This document shows, in pieces, positions 8,353-17,456 of a stretch of 64,000 nt of DNA. The notes below the pieces were generated by a model that was not told the origin of the DNA, ran no database searches, and worked only from the letters and a program-made list of their open reading frames with translations. Source of the DNA: Candidatus Shapirobacteria bacterium (GTDB taxonomy: Bacteria > Patescibacteriota > Microgenomatia > UBA12405); NCBI GenBank assembly GCA_037142555.1, contig JBAXAJ010000003.1, positions 13,589-77,588 on the forward strand, given 5' to 3'. Made by a program: the position numbers and the translations under genes. The stretch's first letter is position 1. Each line of letters opens with the position of its first letter.

Positions 8353-10068
8353 TTACATCTTTTCCACAGTTTCGATGCCTAGCAGTTTAAGTCCCGTCTT
8401 TAAAACACTAGCAGTAGTGTGAGTCAAAAATACTCTAAAGTTTTCTTGCTTTTCACCAATAATTCTGTTTTTAGCGTAAAATTCGTTATATTTTCTAGCC
8501 AAACTCAATAAATATTCAGCAATAACAGCAGGGGAATATCGAGTCGAACTTTCTATAATTTTTTCTTCAAATCTATAAAATTCTTTGATTAAAGCCATTT
8601 CATCTGGATTAACATCTTTTTGAATTTCATCAACATTCTTTTGTTCTTTAATTTGAGTCTTATTCAAAACACTCAAACATCTAGCATAGGTATATTGCAA
8701 ATATGGGCCCGAATCCCCTTCTAAACTCATAATTTTATCCCAGTCAAAAATCACATCTCTTCTAGGGTCACTCGATAAATCATTAAATTTTACTGCTCCA
8801 ATTGCCACCGCTTTAATTTGTTCTTGATTATTATCTGGAGCAATTTCTTTTGCTTTTTCCATTGCCTTATCAATCACATCAGACAAATGAATAGTGTCGC
8901 CCTTTCTAGTTGAAAACTTCCCAGTTGTCCATCTAATTAATCCATGAGCAATATGAACCATTCCTAACTTTGGCATCCAACCCATCAATTCAGCTGTTTT
9001 AAAAACTTGTCTAAAATGCAATTCTTGGTCAACTCCAACTTCATAAATTATTAAGTCTGGTTTCCAATTATCTAGTCTATATTTAATAGTTGCCATATCA
9101 CGAGTGAAATAAGTTGTTGTCCCGTTTGATTTTTGTAACATTGCTGGTGGCATGTCACCAAGTTCTACAATCAAGGCTCCTTCACTTTTTTTAGTTATCT
9201 TTTTATTAATAATTTCTTTAGTGATTTGAGGCAACATATCTTCGTAAAAAGATTCGCCATGGATATAATCAATTTTTACACCCAGAAGTTCATAAACTTT
9301 ATCAAATTCCCTAAATGAAATATTAATACATTTTTGCCAAATTTCTCGAGCTTCTTTGTCACCATTTTCTAGTTTTGCAAAATAGTCTCTGCCTTCATCA
9401 ATTAATTTTTCATCACTTTCAGCTTCTTTATGAAATTTAACATAGAGTTTTTCCAAATCTTCGATTGTTAAATCTTCTATTTTTTTATCATTCCATTTTT
9501 TAACAGCAGCCACTAATTTCCCATATTGAGTTCCCCAGTCACCAATGTGGTTATCACCAATGCACTTCCAACCTAAAATTTGATAAATATTATAAATAGC
9601 CTGACCAATATTAGTTGATCTTAAATGTCCAATTCCAAATGGCTTAGCAATGTTTGGAGCCGAATAATCAATAACCATTGTTTTATCTTTTCCATATTCA
9701 CTCAATTTATTTTTAAATTCAATTTCATAATTTAAAACTTCTGCTTCTTTAATCAAATATTCGGTTTCTAAATAAAAATTAATAAAACCAGCTCCAGCAA
9801 TTTCAATTTTTTCTATGTAGTCATTTTGTAAAATATTACTTTTAATTTTTTCAGCCAATTCTCTTGGGCTTTGCCCGCCGGAGCTTTTGCGTAGGCGGGT
9901 TGCCAACACCATAGCTATATTTGTTGAGTAATCACCAAAACTAACATCACTTGGATGTTCAATTTTAATTTCTTCTTCCTTTATATTAATGTCTAAAGCT
10001 TTAATACTTTTAATTAATATTTCTTTTAAATCTTTTACAATTTTCATATTAAAAAACTTTTGAACCAT
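8353..10068 (-). CDS. argS: arginyl-tRNA synthetase
   Basis: Class I synthetase with SAPNIAKPFGIGHLRST (HIGH-region variant typical of ArgRS), an N-terminal Arg-specific additional domain and a C-terminal DALR-like region within 571 aa. Confidence 0.85.
   Translation of the reverse strand: MVQKFFNMKIVKDLKEILIKSIKALDINIKEEEIKIEHPSDVSFGDYSTNIAMVLATRLRKSSGGQSPRELAEKIKSNILQNDYIEKIEIAGAGFINFYLETEYLIKEAEVLNYEIEFKNKLSEYGKDKTMVIDYSAPNIAKPFGIGHLRSTNIGQAIYNIYQILGWKCIGDNHIGDWGTQYGKLVAAVKKWNDKKIEDLTIEDLEKLYVKFHKEAESDEKLIDEGRDYFAKLENGDKEAREIWQKCINISFREFDKVYELLGVKIDYIHGESFYEDMLPQITKEIINKKITKKSEGALIVELGDMPPAMLQKSNGTTTYFTRDMATIKYRLDNWKPDLIIYEVGVDQELHFRQVFKTAELMGWMPKLGMVHIAHGLIRWTTGKFSTRKGDTIHLSDVIDKAMEKAKEIAPDNNQEQIKAVAIGAVKFNDLSSDPRRDVIFDWDKIMSLEGDSGPYLQYTYARCLSVLNKTQIKEQKNVDEIQKDVNPDEMALIKEFYRFEEKIIESSTRYSPAVIAEYLLSLARKYNEFYAKNRIIGEKQENFRVFLTHTTASVLKTGLKLLGIETVEKM
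9874..9899 (+). repeat. GC-rich palindromic motif copy A inside argS coding sequence
   Basis: CCCGCC-ggagcttttgcgta-GGCGGG. It stands out against ~33% GC surroundings. Confidence 0.6.
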
Positions 10069-10414
10069 TAGGTAAATCTTTATCTAAAAATAATATAGAA
10101 ATAGTTTCAGCGGCCTCGGCCGCCGTAGCTTCAGCGGAGGCGGCGAAAATCATCGCTTCAGATTCTTCTCCCATAATTTTTCTAGGTTTTACATTAGTCA
10201 CAAAAACAGTTTTTTTGCCAATTAATTCTTCTGGATTATAAGATTTAGCAATTCCAGAAAAAATGACTCTTTCTTTTTCTTCACCAAAATCAACCACCAT
10301 TCTAATTAATTTATCTGATTCTTCAATCTTTTTAGCTTCCTTAATTTCTCCAACCATAAATTCCACTTTAGCAAAGTCATCATATTTAATTTGATCCATG
10401 GCTAATTCTATCAA
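10049..10414 (-). CDS. tRNA-binding domain protein (CsaA/Trbp111-like)
   Basis: 121 aa. VGEIKEAKKIEESDKLIRMVVDFGEE resembles the OB-fold tRNA-binding domain found C-terminal in MetRS and in CsaA. Confidence 0.6.
   Translation of the reverse strand: MIELAMDQIKYDDFAKVEFMVGEIKEAKKIEESDKLIRMVVDFGEEKERVIFSGIAKSYNPEELIGKKTVFVTNVKPRKIMGEESEAMIFAASAEATAAEAAETISILFLDKDLPNGSKVF
10119..10144 (+). repeat. GC-rich palindromic motif copy B inside the tRNA-binding-protein coding sequence
   Basis: GCCGCC-gtagcttcagcgga-GGCGGC. It has the same architecture as copy A, with loops identical at 10 of 14 positions. Confidence 0.6.
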
Positions 10415-10445
10415 AAAAAGAGTAATTTTGTGTTATCATTTCCTC

Positions 10446-11804
10446 ATGCAACTAGATACTTCTATATTCAAATCATATGACATTAGAGCTGTTTATCCAA
10501 CTCAAGCTGATGAAGAATTAGCTGAAAAAATAGGCAGGGGATTTGCTAAATATCTAAATTTTCCAAAAGAAGTTGTCGTTTCCCGAGATGGTCGAAGTTC
10601 AGGACTTTCAATGAAGAATGCCTTAATTAAGGGTTTAACAAGTGTTGGGGTTAACGTTCTTGATGTTGATTTAGCGTCAACTGACATGTTCTATTATGCT
10701 TGCCAAACTAAAGATCTCCCAGGAATTTCTGTCACTGCCAGTCATAATCCAAAAGAATACACTGGTTTCAAAATGGTCAAAAAAATCCCTGAACTCTTGT
10801 CTGGTGATGCTGGGATTAAAGAAATTAAAGAATACATTTTAAATAATGATTTACCTCAAGATGTTGCCACTCCTGGAACAATTAACACTCAAAATCTTTG
10901 GCAGGAATTTGTTGATTATGTTTTATCTTTAATAGACATTACTAAAATTAAAAATTTCAAAATTCATGCTGACACAGCCAATGGCATGGTCGGCCCATTT
11001 TTAGAATTACTTTCCCAAAAACTTCCAAGTATTGAATTTGTAAAAATGTTTTGGGACATTGATGGCAATTTCCCAAATCATGGTGGTGACCCACTTCAAG
11101 CCGAAAATAGAACAGAAATTCAAAGAAAAGTCCCAGCTGAGAATAGTGATTTAGGAATCATGTTTGATCCAGATGGTGACAGATTTTTTGTCATCGACAA
11201 GAAAGGTCGTTTCATCCCAGGTGATTTCATGACTGCCATTCTGGCTGAATACTTTATTAAACGATATCCTGGTTGTGGAATTGTCTATGACATTCGAGCT
11301 TCAAAAGTTGTTCCAGAAACAATCATTGCTTGTGGTGGAAAAGCTTTCGCTAATCGAGTCGGACATACTCATATTAAAGCCAGAATGAAACAAGAAAACG
11401 CCTATTTTGGTGGAGAAGTTTCAGGTCACTATTATTTTAAAGATTTCTTTTTATGTGACACCGGTCTAGTCACTTTTGCCTATCTTCTAGACTTTCTATC
11501 AACCACTGATAAAACATTAGAAACTATAATTGACGAAATGTTGGCTAAATATCATATTTCTGGAGAAATTAATTCCAAGGTTGCCAATGTCCCAGCTGTT
11601 TTAACAAAAATAGAAAACACTTATGGATCTCAAACAATTAGTCCAATTGAACGAATGGATGGTATGACTTTTGAAATGGGTGATTGGCGTTTCAATATTC
11701 GTTCATCTAACACCGAACCATTGCTAAGGTTAAACCTCGAAGCTAACACCGAAGAGCTCATGATTCAAAAACGAGATGAAGTTTTGTCTCTAATTAATTC
11801 CTAA
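10446..11804 (+). CDS. phosphomannomutase/phosphoglucomutase family (alpha-D-phosphohexomutase)
   Basis: FKSYDIRAVYP N-terminus, the TASHNP catalytic Ser-phosphate loop, and a GGEVSGHYYF sugar-binding loop. The start is moved to the internal ATG at 10446 to avoid overlap with the divergent gene. Confidence 0.8.
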   Translation: MQLDTSIFKSYDIRAVYPTQADEELAEKIGRGFAKYLNFPKEVVVSRDGRSSGLSMKNALIKGLTSVGVNVLDVDLASTDMFYYACQTKDLPGISVTASHNPKEYTGFKMVKKIPELLSGDAGIKEIKEYILNNDLPQDVATPGTINTQNLWQEFVDYVLSLIDITKIKNFKIHADTANGMVGPFLELLSQKLPSIEFVKMFWDIDGNFPNHGGDPLQAENRTEIQRKVPAENSDLGIMFDPDGDRFFVIDKKGRFIPGDFMTAILAEYFIKRYPGCGIVYDIRASKVVPETIIACGGKAFANRVGHTHIKARMKQENAYFGGEVSGHYYFKDFFLCDTGLVTFAYLLDFLSTTDKTLETIIDEMLAKYHISGEINSKVANVPAVLTKIENTYGSQTISPIERMDGMTFEMGDWRFNIRSSNTEPLLRLNLEANTEELMIQKRDEVLSLINS

Positions 11805-11808
11805 TTTT

Positions 11809-12603
11809 ATGAAAGAAAATATTCAACCAACAACTGAAACAAAAAGCATTTTAAATATGAAAGATGTTTTGGATTGTTTTGAACTAAAATATAATCATCA
11901 AAATTTAAAAAACTTTGCTGAATTAATTAACAGTGGGTACACTCCATTAATTGTCAGTAATCATCAAAGCCACGCTGATGGTTTTCCAATAGCTCTACTT
12001 ACAGAAAAAATCACTGATTTAACTGATGAAAATTTCAATGCCTTTTATTTTCCAATAGCCGCTTCTATGGCCACTGGACACCAAAATGAACCCATGAAAA
12101 ATTATTTAGAAAAAGTTATTCCAGTTCTTGAATCAAAAAATCTCTATTTAATTCCAGTTACTCGAGAAAAAGATGAAAAAGAATATGGAATTAAAGACAA
12201 AAATTTTGAGAGTATTAAGAAATTATTATCAGCTTATAAACAAGGTTATGGTGTAATCTATTGTCCAGAAGGATCAGTCAGAGCTGGCAGAAACGATGGA
12301 AATGGTGGCATAAACGGCATGATTAATGTTGAAGAAAACAATTCCTTTGATGGCACTATTGAAAGATATCTTAAAAAAGATATTCCTTTTTGTGTTCTTC
12401 AAATAGCTATCAATGGCACTCATAAATTTTGTAATCCAGACACTTACAAAATAGAAATTCCAGATTCAAAAATAACTCTAACTGTTGCTGATGAAATTTT
12501 GACTAATGAAGATTTTGAAAATAAAAATATTAAGCCAACTGAATTAGTAATGCCAAAAATTGCCAAAATTTTACCTTTTGAAGCCAGAGGAATCCATAAA
12601 TGA
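11809..12603 (+). CDS. putative lysophospholipid/glycerolphosphate acyltransferase (PlsC-like)
   Basis: NHQSHADG matches the HX4D acyltransferase motif. The rest of the protein is unrecognised. Confidence 0.4.
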   Translation: MKENIQPTTETKSILNMKDVLDCFELKYNHQNLKNFAELINSGYTPLIVSNHQSHADGFPIALLTEKITDLTDENFNAFYFPIAASMATGHQNEPMKNYLEKVIPVLESKNLYLIPVTREKDEKEYGIKDKNFESIKKLLSAYKQGYGVIYCPEGSVRAGRNDGNGGINGMINVEENNSFDGTIERYLKKDIPFCVLQIAINGTHKFCNPDTYKIEIPDSKITLTVADEILTNEDFENKNIKPTELVMPKIAKILPFEARGIHK

Positions 12604-13802
12604 GCTATCAACCATCAAGCAAGATTCTAGATAATTACGCCGATGTTTTGGTTAACTTCGCTCTCAACAGTGGTAATGGTGTCAAAAAAGGTGAAGTAGT
12701 TTTTCTCCAAGTTCCCGAAAGTGCCAAGCCTCTTTTGATTTCTCTGCAAAGAGCTGTTCTAAAGGCTGGTGCTCATGCCATTATCCAATATATTCCAACC
12801 GGAATTTCTCGAGATTTTTTTGATTTAGCCAACGATGAACAAATCCAATTTTTTCCAACTTACTATACAAAAGGGAAAGTTAAACAAGCTGATCATTTCC
12901 TAGTTATTCTTGCCGAAACCGATCTCCATGAACTAGAAGGGGTTGACCCAAAAAAAATAATGGACAAAAGTTCAGCTTCTAAACCATATAAAGATTGGCG
13001 CGATGCGAAAGAAAATAAAGGCAAATTGACTTGGACTATCGGTCTCTATGCGACTCAAGCCTCAGCCAAAGAAGCTGGTCTAACTCTATATCAAGCGTGG
13101 CAACAAGTCATTAAAGCTTGTTACCTAGACCATTCAAACCCAGTTGAAAAGTGGCGTCAAATTAAAACTAAATCTGAATCTTTAATCAAAAAATTAAATA
13201 AACTAGAAATAACTAAAGTCAATATTAAAGCCAAAGACACTGATTTAGATATTGGTATTGGTGAAAATCGTCAATGGGTTGGTTGCAGTGGTCGCAACAT
13301 TCCTAGTTTTGAAATTTTTACTTCTCCAGACTGGCGTCAAACAAATGGTTACATTTCTTTTGATCAACCACTCTATAGACACGGCAATTTAATTAAAAAT
13401 ATTAAGCTGACTTTTAAAGACGGAATAGTTGTTGATTCCAAAGCTGGCTATGGTGAAAAGTTTTTAAAACAATTAATTCAAGTCAAAAATTCAGACAAAA
13501 TAGGGGAATTTTCTCTAACTGACAAACGCTTTTCTAAAATAAATAAATTTATGGCTGAAACTCTCTATGATGAAAATTTTGGTGGTGCTTTTGGTAACAC
13601 TCATATTGCTCTTGGTTCCTCTTTTAAAGAAACTTATTCTAAAAACATGAATAAATTAACACCAAAAGATTGGGAAGATTTAGGTTACAACGATTCAGCT
13701 GTTCACACTGACATCATTGCGACTAGTGACAGAACCATCAAAGCGACTCTCAAAAACGGCAAAGAAATAGTTCTCTATAAATCAGGCAAATTCCAGATTT
13801 AA
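12600..13802 (+). CDS. M29-family aminopeptidase (AmpS/aminopeptidase T-like)
   Basis: 400 aa with an N-terminus of the form ...LDNYADVLVNFALN..KKGE.V.. and overall architecture typical of thermophilic aminopeptidase T/S. Confidence 0.6.
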   Translation: MSYQPSSKILDNYADVLVNFALNSGNGVKKGEVVFLQVPESAKPLLISLQRAVLKAGAHAIIQYIPTGISRDFFDLANDEQIQFFPTYYTKGKVKQADHFLVILAETDLHELEGVDPKKIMDKSSASKPYKDWRDAKENKGKLTWTIGLYATQASAKEAGLTLYQAWQQVIKACYLDHSNPVEKWRQIKTKSESLIKKLNKLEITKVNIKAKDTDLDIGIGENRQWVGCSGRNIPSFEIFTSPDWRQTNGYISFDQPLYRHGNLIKNIKLTFKDGIVVDSKAGYGEKFLKQLIQVKNSDKIGEFSLTDKRFSKINKFMAETLYDENFGGAFGNTHIALGSSFKETYSKNMNKLTPKDWEDLGYNDSAVHTDIIATSDRTIKATLKNGKEIVLYKSGKFQI

Positions 13803-13953
13803 TTATCCTATATTATTTATTTTACTACGCATTCATGCTATACTATTTCGTTGGAACGATTAAATTAAAATCAACGACGATTTTAAATTTAGTGGTCTAA
13901 TAAAAAAAAAAGAAGTACTTTAAAAAAAAACGACAGAGAGGAGGAAAAACTTC

Positions 13954-14319
13954 ATGGAAGAAAGTCTTATCCAGCTCGCAACAGAGAGAGGATTATCTAA
14001 ACTTGAAGAAAGCAATGGAATAACATATTTCATTGGAATAATCGAGTTTTATGACCCCACAAAAAAGTTTGGATTTACAAAAAATGAAAAAAATGGAAAG
14101 GAAGGAGTATATCTAGGTGGTAAAAACAGAAGGACCCCATTGATCCAAAACAGTCAACTTGAATTGGTGGAAAAAGTAGAAGAACCAGAAGAAAAAGAAA
14201 GGCCAATGAAAGATAATCTAGTTATTTGTGCTGTAGAATTTGGCATAAAAGGTAGATTGAAAGCAGCGTGTTGGTGCTTGAAAGAAGATTATCAAAAAGC
14301 AATTGAGAAAATCAAATGA
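13954..14319 (+). CDS. hypothetical protein (atypical codon usage, strong SD)
   Basis: 121-aa ORF preceded by GAGAGGAGG 8 nt upstream of the ATG. Its purine-rich sense strand and GGA/AGA codon preference differ from the neighbouring genes. Confidence 0.5.
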   Translation: MEESLIQLATERGLSKLEESNGITYFIGIIEFYDPTKKFGFTKNEKNGKEGVYLGGKNRRTPLIQNSQLELVEKVEEPEEKERPMKDNLVICAVEFGIKGRLKAACWCLKEDYQKAIEKIK

Positions 14320-14341
14320 GAAAAAGGAGTAGTGGAAAAGT

Positions 14342-14665
14342 ATGAATATTTTTTGTAAACCAATCCAACAGTACGAACGTCCATTTTGTAATTCAGTTTG
14401 TTTTATTTCTATGAGGCAAGAACCTTCTTGTTACAAGTTAATGTGTGAAATAAGTTCAATAGAAGAAGGTCAAGAAATAATAGCAATTTTCGAACAAGGA
14501 GCAATAATTGCTTCAAAGCCAGGCCCTGGCGGAGAGTTAGTATTGAAAATTGCTGTCTCTGTCGAGAATAGTTGTTTAAATTATTTAACTAAGCTAATTA
14601 TTGAAAATGATAATTATATTAATAAACAAATAATTGAACAATGTCGTAAGGAATTTAAAGTATAA
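14342..14665 (+). CDS. hypothetical Cys-containing small protein
   Basis: 107-aa ORF with an AAAGGAG SD upstream, positioned 22 nt after the previous stop and followed by a terminator. Confidence 0.45.
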   Translation: MNIFCKPIQQYERPFCNSVCFISMRQEPSCYKLMCEISSIEEGQEIIAIFEQGAIIASKPGPGGELVLKIAVSVENSCLNYLTKLIIENDNYINKQIIEQCRKEFKV

Positions 14666-14672
14666 GAATAAC

Positions 14673-14730
14673 GCACCGGTGTGTAAATTTAATTGTCATT
14701 TGACAACTATTTTTACCCCGGTGCTTTTTT
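14673..14730 (+). terminator. rho-independent terminator-like structure (GCACCGG ... CCGGTGC then T6)
   Basis: A 7-bp GC stem (14673-14679 pairing with 14718-14724) is followed by TTTTTT at 14725-14730. The long loop contains an internal TTGTCA-TT-TGACAA hairpin. Confidence 0.5.
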
Positions 14731-14747
14731 GTGTATAATATAAATCT

Positions 14748-15080
14748 ATGACAACAGAACTAAAAATCGAAGACATAAAAATTGGCACAGGCCAAGAAGT
14801 TAAAGCAGGTGACACTGTAATCATGGATTACTTAGGTACTCTTGAAGACGGTTCAAAATTTGACAGTTCCTATGATCGTGGTGTTCCTTTTGACACCAAA
14901 ATTGGAGTTGGTCGAGTCATCCAAGGTTGGGACAAAGGTGTTCCAGGGATGAAAGTTGGTGGTAAAAGAAAACTAACTATTCCATACCAAATGGCCTATG
15001 GTGAAAACGGAATTCCAGGAGTCATCCCACCAAAAGCAACTCTAATCTTTGAAGTTGAATTAATTGATATTGAAGAATAA
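14748..15080 (+). CDS. FKBP-type peptidyl-prolyl cis-trans isomerase
   Basis: 110 aa containing DGSKFDSSYDRGVPF...GWDKGVPGMKVGGKRKLTIPYQMAYG, a canonical FKBP domain. Confidence 0.85.
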   Translation: MTTELKIEDIKIGTGQEVKAGDTVIMDYLGTLEDGSKFDSSYDRGVPFDTKIGVGRVIQGWDKGVPGMKVGGKRKLTIPYQMAYGENGIPGVIPPKATLIFEVELIDIEE

Positions 15081-15082
15081 AA

Positions 15083-15733
15083 TCACCATTTTACTGGCTC
15101 AATATTATTAGTAATCAAATAATCGTTACATTTAGAAAAGGGCTTTGATCCAAAAAATCCATTATGAGCCGAGAGGGGAGATGGATGAGCTGATTTAATA
15201 ACCAGATGTTTTGATTCATCAATCACTAGTCCTTTTTTTTGAGCATAATTCCCCCATAAAATAAAAACCAATTTCTCTTTTCTGTCGGATAATGTTTTAA
15301 TAACCGCATCAGTGAATTCTTCCCAACCTTTTTTCTGATGTGAAGCCGCCATATGAGCTCTGACTGTCAAAGTTGCATTAAGCAACAATACTCCCTGATT
15401 TGGCCAATTGTCTATGTTTCCATCAACACCAAAATCACTTTTAATTTCTTTGTAAATATTAACCAAAGATGGTGGCAGTGTCACTCCTCTGTTCACAGCG
15501 AAAGCCAATCCATTAGCCTGATTTGGCCCATGATATGGGTCTTGTCCCAAGATTACTACTTTAACTTTATCAAAAGGAGTCATCTCAAAAGCATTAAAAA
15601 TAAACTTAGCACTAGGATATATTTCTGTTACCTTATATTCAGATCTGACAAACTCAGCTAATTTAACGAAATAATCTTTACTAAATTCAGCTTCTAATTC
15701 TTTTTTCCAAGATTCTTCAATTCTAACTTCCAT
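15083..15733 (-). CDS. ung: uracil-DNA glycosylase
   Basis: GQDPYHG water-activating loop and C-terminal HPSPLS motif within 216 aa. Confidence 0.9.
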   Translation of the reverse strand: MEVRIEESWKKELEAEFSKDYFVKLAEFVRSEYKVTEIYPSAKFIFNAFEMTPFDKVKVVILGQDPYHGPNQANGLAFAVNRGVTLPPSLVNIYKEIKSDFGVDGNIDNWPNQGVLLLNATLTVRAHMAASHQKKGWEEFTDAVIKTLSDRKEKLVFILWGNYAQKKGLVIDESKHLVIKSAHPSPLSAHNGFFGSKPFSKCNDYLITNNIEPVKW

Positions 15734-16307
15734 TTGTTTTGACCCCAGATTTAATAAAACAATCTATCAATAAATCTGTTGGTAAACCATTAAGTCCAGT
15801 AAATGACCCTTCCAGATATTTCAAAAAAGTTGTCTGGTAAAGATAAAGAGGCGAAATAGCCCCTGACCATTGTAAAACATTATTATTGTTCACAAAATGA
15901 TTAATTTCTTGATCAGTAATTTGTCTAAGATTAAAACGGGAAACAGAAGTTGTTGAAAAATCAATTTTGTTTTTTTTATCAATATAACAAAAACCAGTGT
16001 AAACAACAGATTGGTTTTCCATTTGTAGTTTCAACATTTCTTTTGCTTCATCATTATTTTCTGGTTTTTCCAAAACTTTTCCATTACAAACCACAAAACT
16101 ATCAGCTGCAATTATTATGCCATCATTTTCTTTTGCCACAATTTCCGCCTTAAGCCTAGCAATTTTTTCAGCTCTAATTGCATAATCACTGTCTCTTATT
16201 GATTTCTCATCAGCATCAGCTGGAATAACCACATAAGGGACGCCAAAAACATCCATTATTAATTTTCTCTGTTTTGAAGCAGAAGCTAATATTATTTTTT
16301 GTTCCAT
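15723..16307 (-). CDS. maf: Maf-like nucleoside triphosphate pyrophosphatase
   Basis: ILASASKQRKLIMDVFG N-terminus and ~190 aa length typical of Maf/YhdE. Confidence 0.75.
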   Translation of the reverse strand: MEQKIILASASKQRKLIMDVFGVPYVVIPADADEKSIRDSDYAIRAEKIARLKAEIVAKENDGIIIAADSFVVCNGKVLEKPENNDEAKEMLKLQMENQSVVYTGFCYIDKKNKIDFSTTSVSRFNLRQITDQEINHFVNNNNVLQWSGAISPLYLYQTTFLKYLEGSFTGLNGLPTDLLIDCFIKSGVKTNGS

Positions 16308-16347
16308 ATTGTATTTCTATTATAAAACATTCAAGGAAGATATTCTA

Positions 16348-16394
16348 AGCCTGATAAACCCTGTTCAATCACTCCCGTATAGAAAATAGAACTA
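16348..16394 (+). repeat. direct repeat copy 1 (47 nt) abutting the stop codon of the EamA gene
   Basis: agcctgataaaccctgttcaatcactcccgtatagaaaatagaacta. It matches 17397-17444 at about 43 of 48 positions. Confidence 0.8.
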
Positions 16395-17270
16395 TTATTT
16401 CTTTGTTACCAAATAAGCTCCTACAAAAGCGACAATCGCACCGATAATATATTCAATAGATAGTTTTTCACCCAACAACAATATTGACCAAAAGAAAGTA
16501 AATATTGGCTGAAGATAAAAAACCATTGAAGTTATAATTGGTGAAGCTTTCTTGATTGTGTGTTGATATAAAAGAAAATAACCAGCTGTACCTAAAATTC
16601 CAACATACAAAACACTCAAAATAACAGGCATTGATAAATTTGAAACAATATTTGGGATATTAGGAACAGTTGCAAAGGCGATAAGTCCTTGGACAATTAT
16701 TGTTAATGCTACAAAAGTAGTTGTAATAAAAATAGGTGATGAACTTTTCTGTAGGTCTTTAGAAAAAACAGTGTAAAAAGAATATGCAATAACAGCAACT
16801 AATACAAGTAAATTCCCCCATATAGTATTTTCTCCACTTACAGAGTGTGTAAGGAATGGGACTAAAATAATAACTGAAACACCTAAAAATCCAAGAACTA
16901 TGCCAGTGATCTTAGTTTTAGATAATTTCTCTTTATAAAAAAAACTAGTTATTAAGGCAACAATAATTGGAACAGCCGCATATAATATTTGAGCTACAGT
17001 TGCTATGGATTTTCTAATTCCCATTGCAAAAAAGGTCACATTTACGACTGCTAAAACAGAAACTAGTAAAGTTTTAATTAAAGTATTTTTATTTATTTTT
17101 TCTTTCTTATATAAAAATATAGGAAATATAAATAACCCAGCGGCAACAAATCTAAGAGCAATAAATAGTGGAGTGGTAAGTTCGTTAAGGGCAATTTTGG
17201 TAAAAGGTGAAATTCCTCCACCAAGAAAGGCAACTATTATTACTAAAATGATTGGGATATAACTACTCAT
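16395..17270 (-). CDS. EamA/DMT-family 10-TM transporter
   Basis: 291 aa with two hydrophobic 5-helix halves, typical of the drug/metabolite transporter superfamily. Confidence 0.6.
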   Translation of the reverse strand: MSSYIPIILVIIVAFLGGGISPFTKIALNELTTPLFIALRFVAAGLFIFPIFLYKKEKINKNTLIKTLLVSVLAVVNVTFFAMGIRKSIATVAQILYAAVPIIVALITSFFYKEKLSKTKITGIVLGFLGVSVIILVPFLTHSVSGENTIWGNLLVLVAVIAYSFYTVFSKDLQKSSSPIFITTTFVALTIIVQGLIAFATVPNIPNIVSNLSMPVILSVLYVGILGTAGYFLLYQHTIKKASPIITSMVFYLQPIFTFFWSILLLGEKLSIEYIIGAIVAFVGAYLVTKK

Positions 17271-17396
17271 TGATATTAGTATATCAACGTTTATTTTAAT
17301 TACTGATTCTAAACTGTGACCCCAGACCTACCGCAAGGGAACCAAATCATCAATGAACTTATTTTCTACTTCAAAATCTTTGCTGATGATATTTCC

Positions 17397-17444
17397 AGCC
17401 TAATAAATCCTGTTCAATTACTCCCCGTATAGAGAATAGAACTA
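17397..17444 (+). repeat. direct repeat copy 2 (48 nt), 12 nt upstream of the CYTH gene start
   Basis: agcctaataaatcctgttcaattactccccgtatagagaatagaacta. It is in the same orientation as copy 1. Confidence 0.8.
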
Positions 17445-17456
17445 AATAATAATATT

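Noticed and set aside
8122-8382. 86-aa plus-strand ORF spanning the argS / Cys-rich-gene spacer
   Set aside because: It overlaps the 3' end of argS and the 5' end of the Cys-rich gene in antisense, and no promoter or RBS was found. The spacer is better explained as the promoter (extended -10) for the minus-strand gene.
17271-17396. Possible gene remnant in the GC-richer patch upstream of the EamA gene (minus-strand frame ...ISKDFEVENKFIDDLVPLR*)
   Set aside because: It is an open stretch of only 25 codons with no start codon and no recognisable similarity, which is insufficient to call a pseudogene. It is noted only as compositional oddity within the repeat-bracketed segment.
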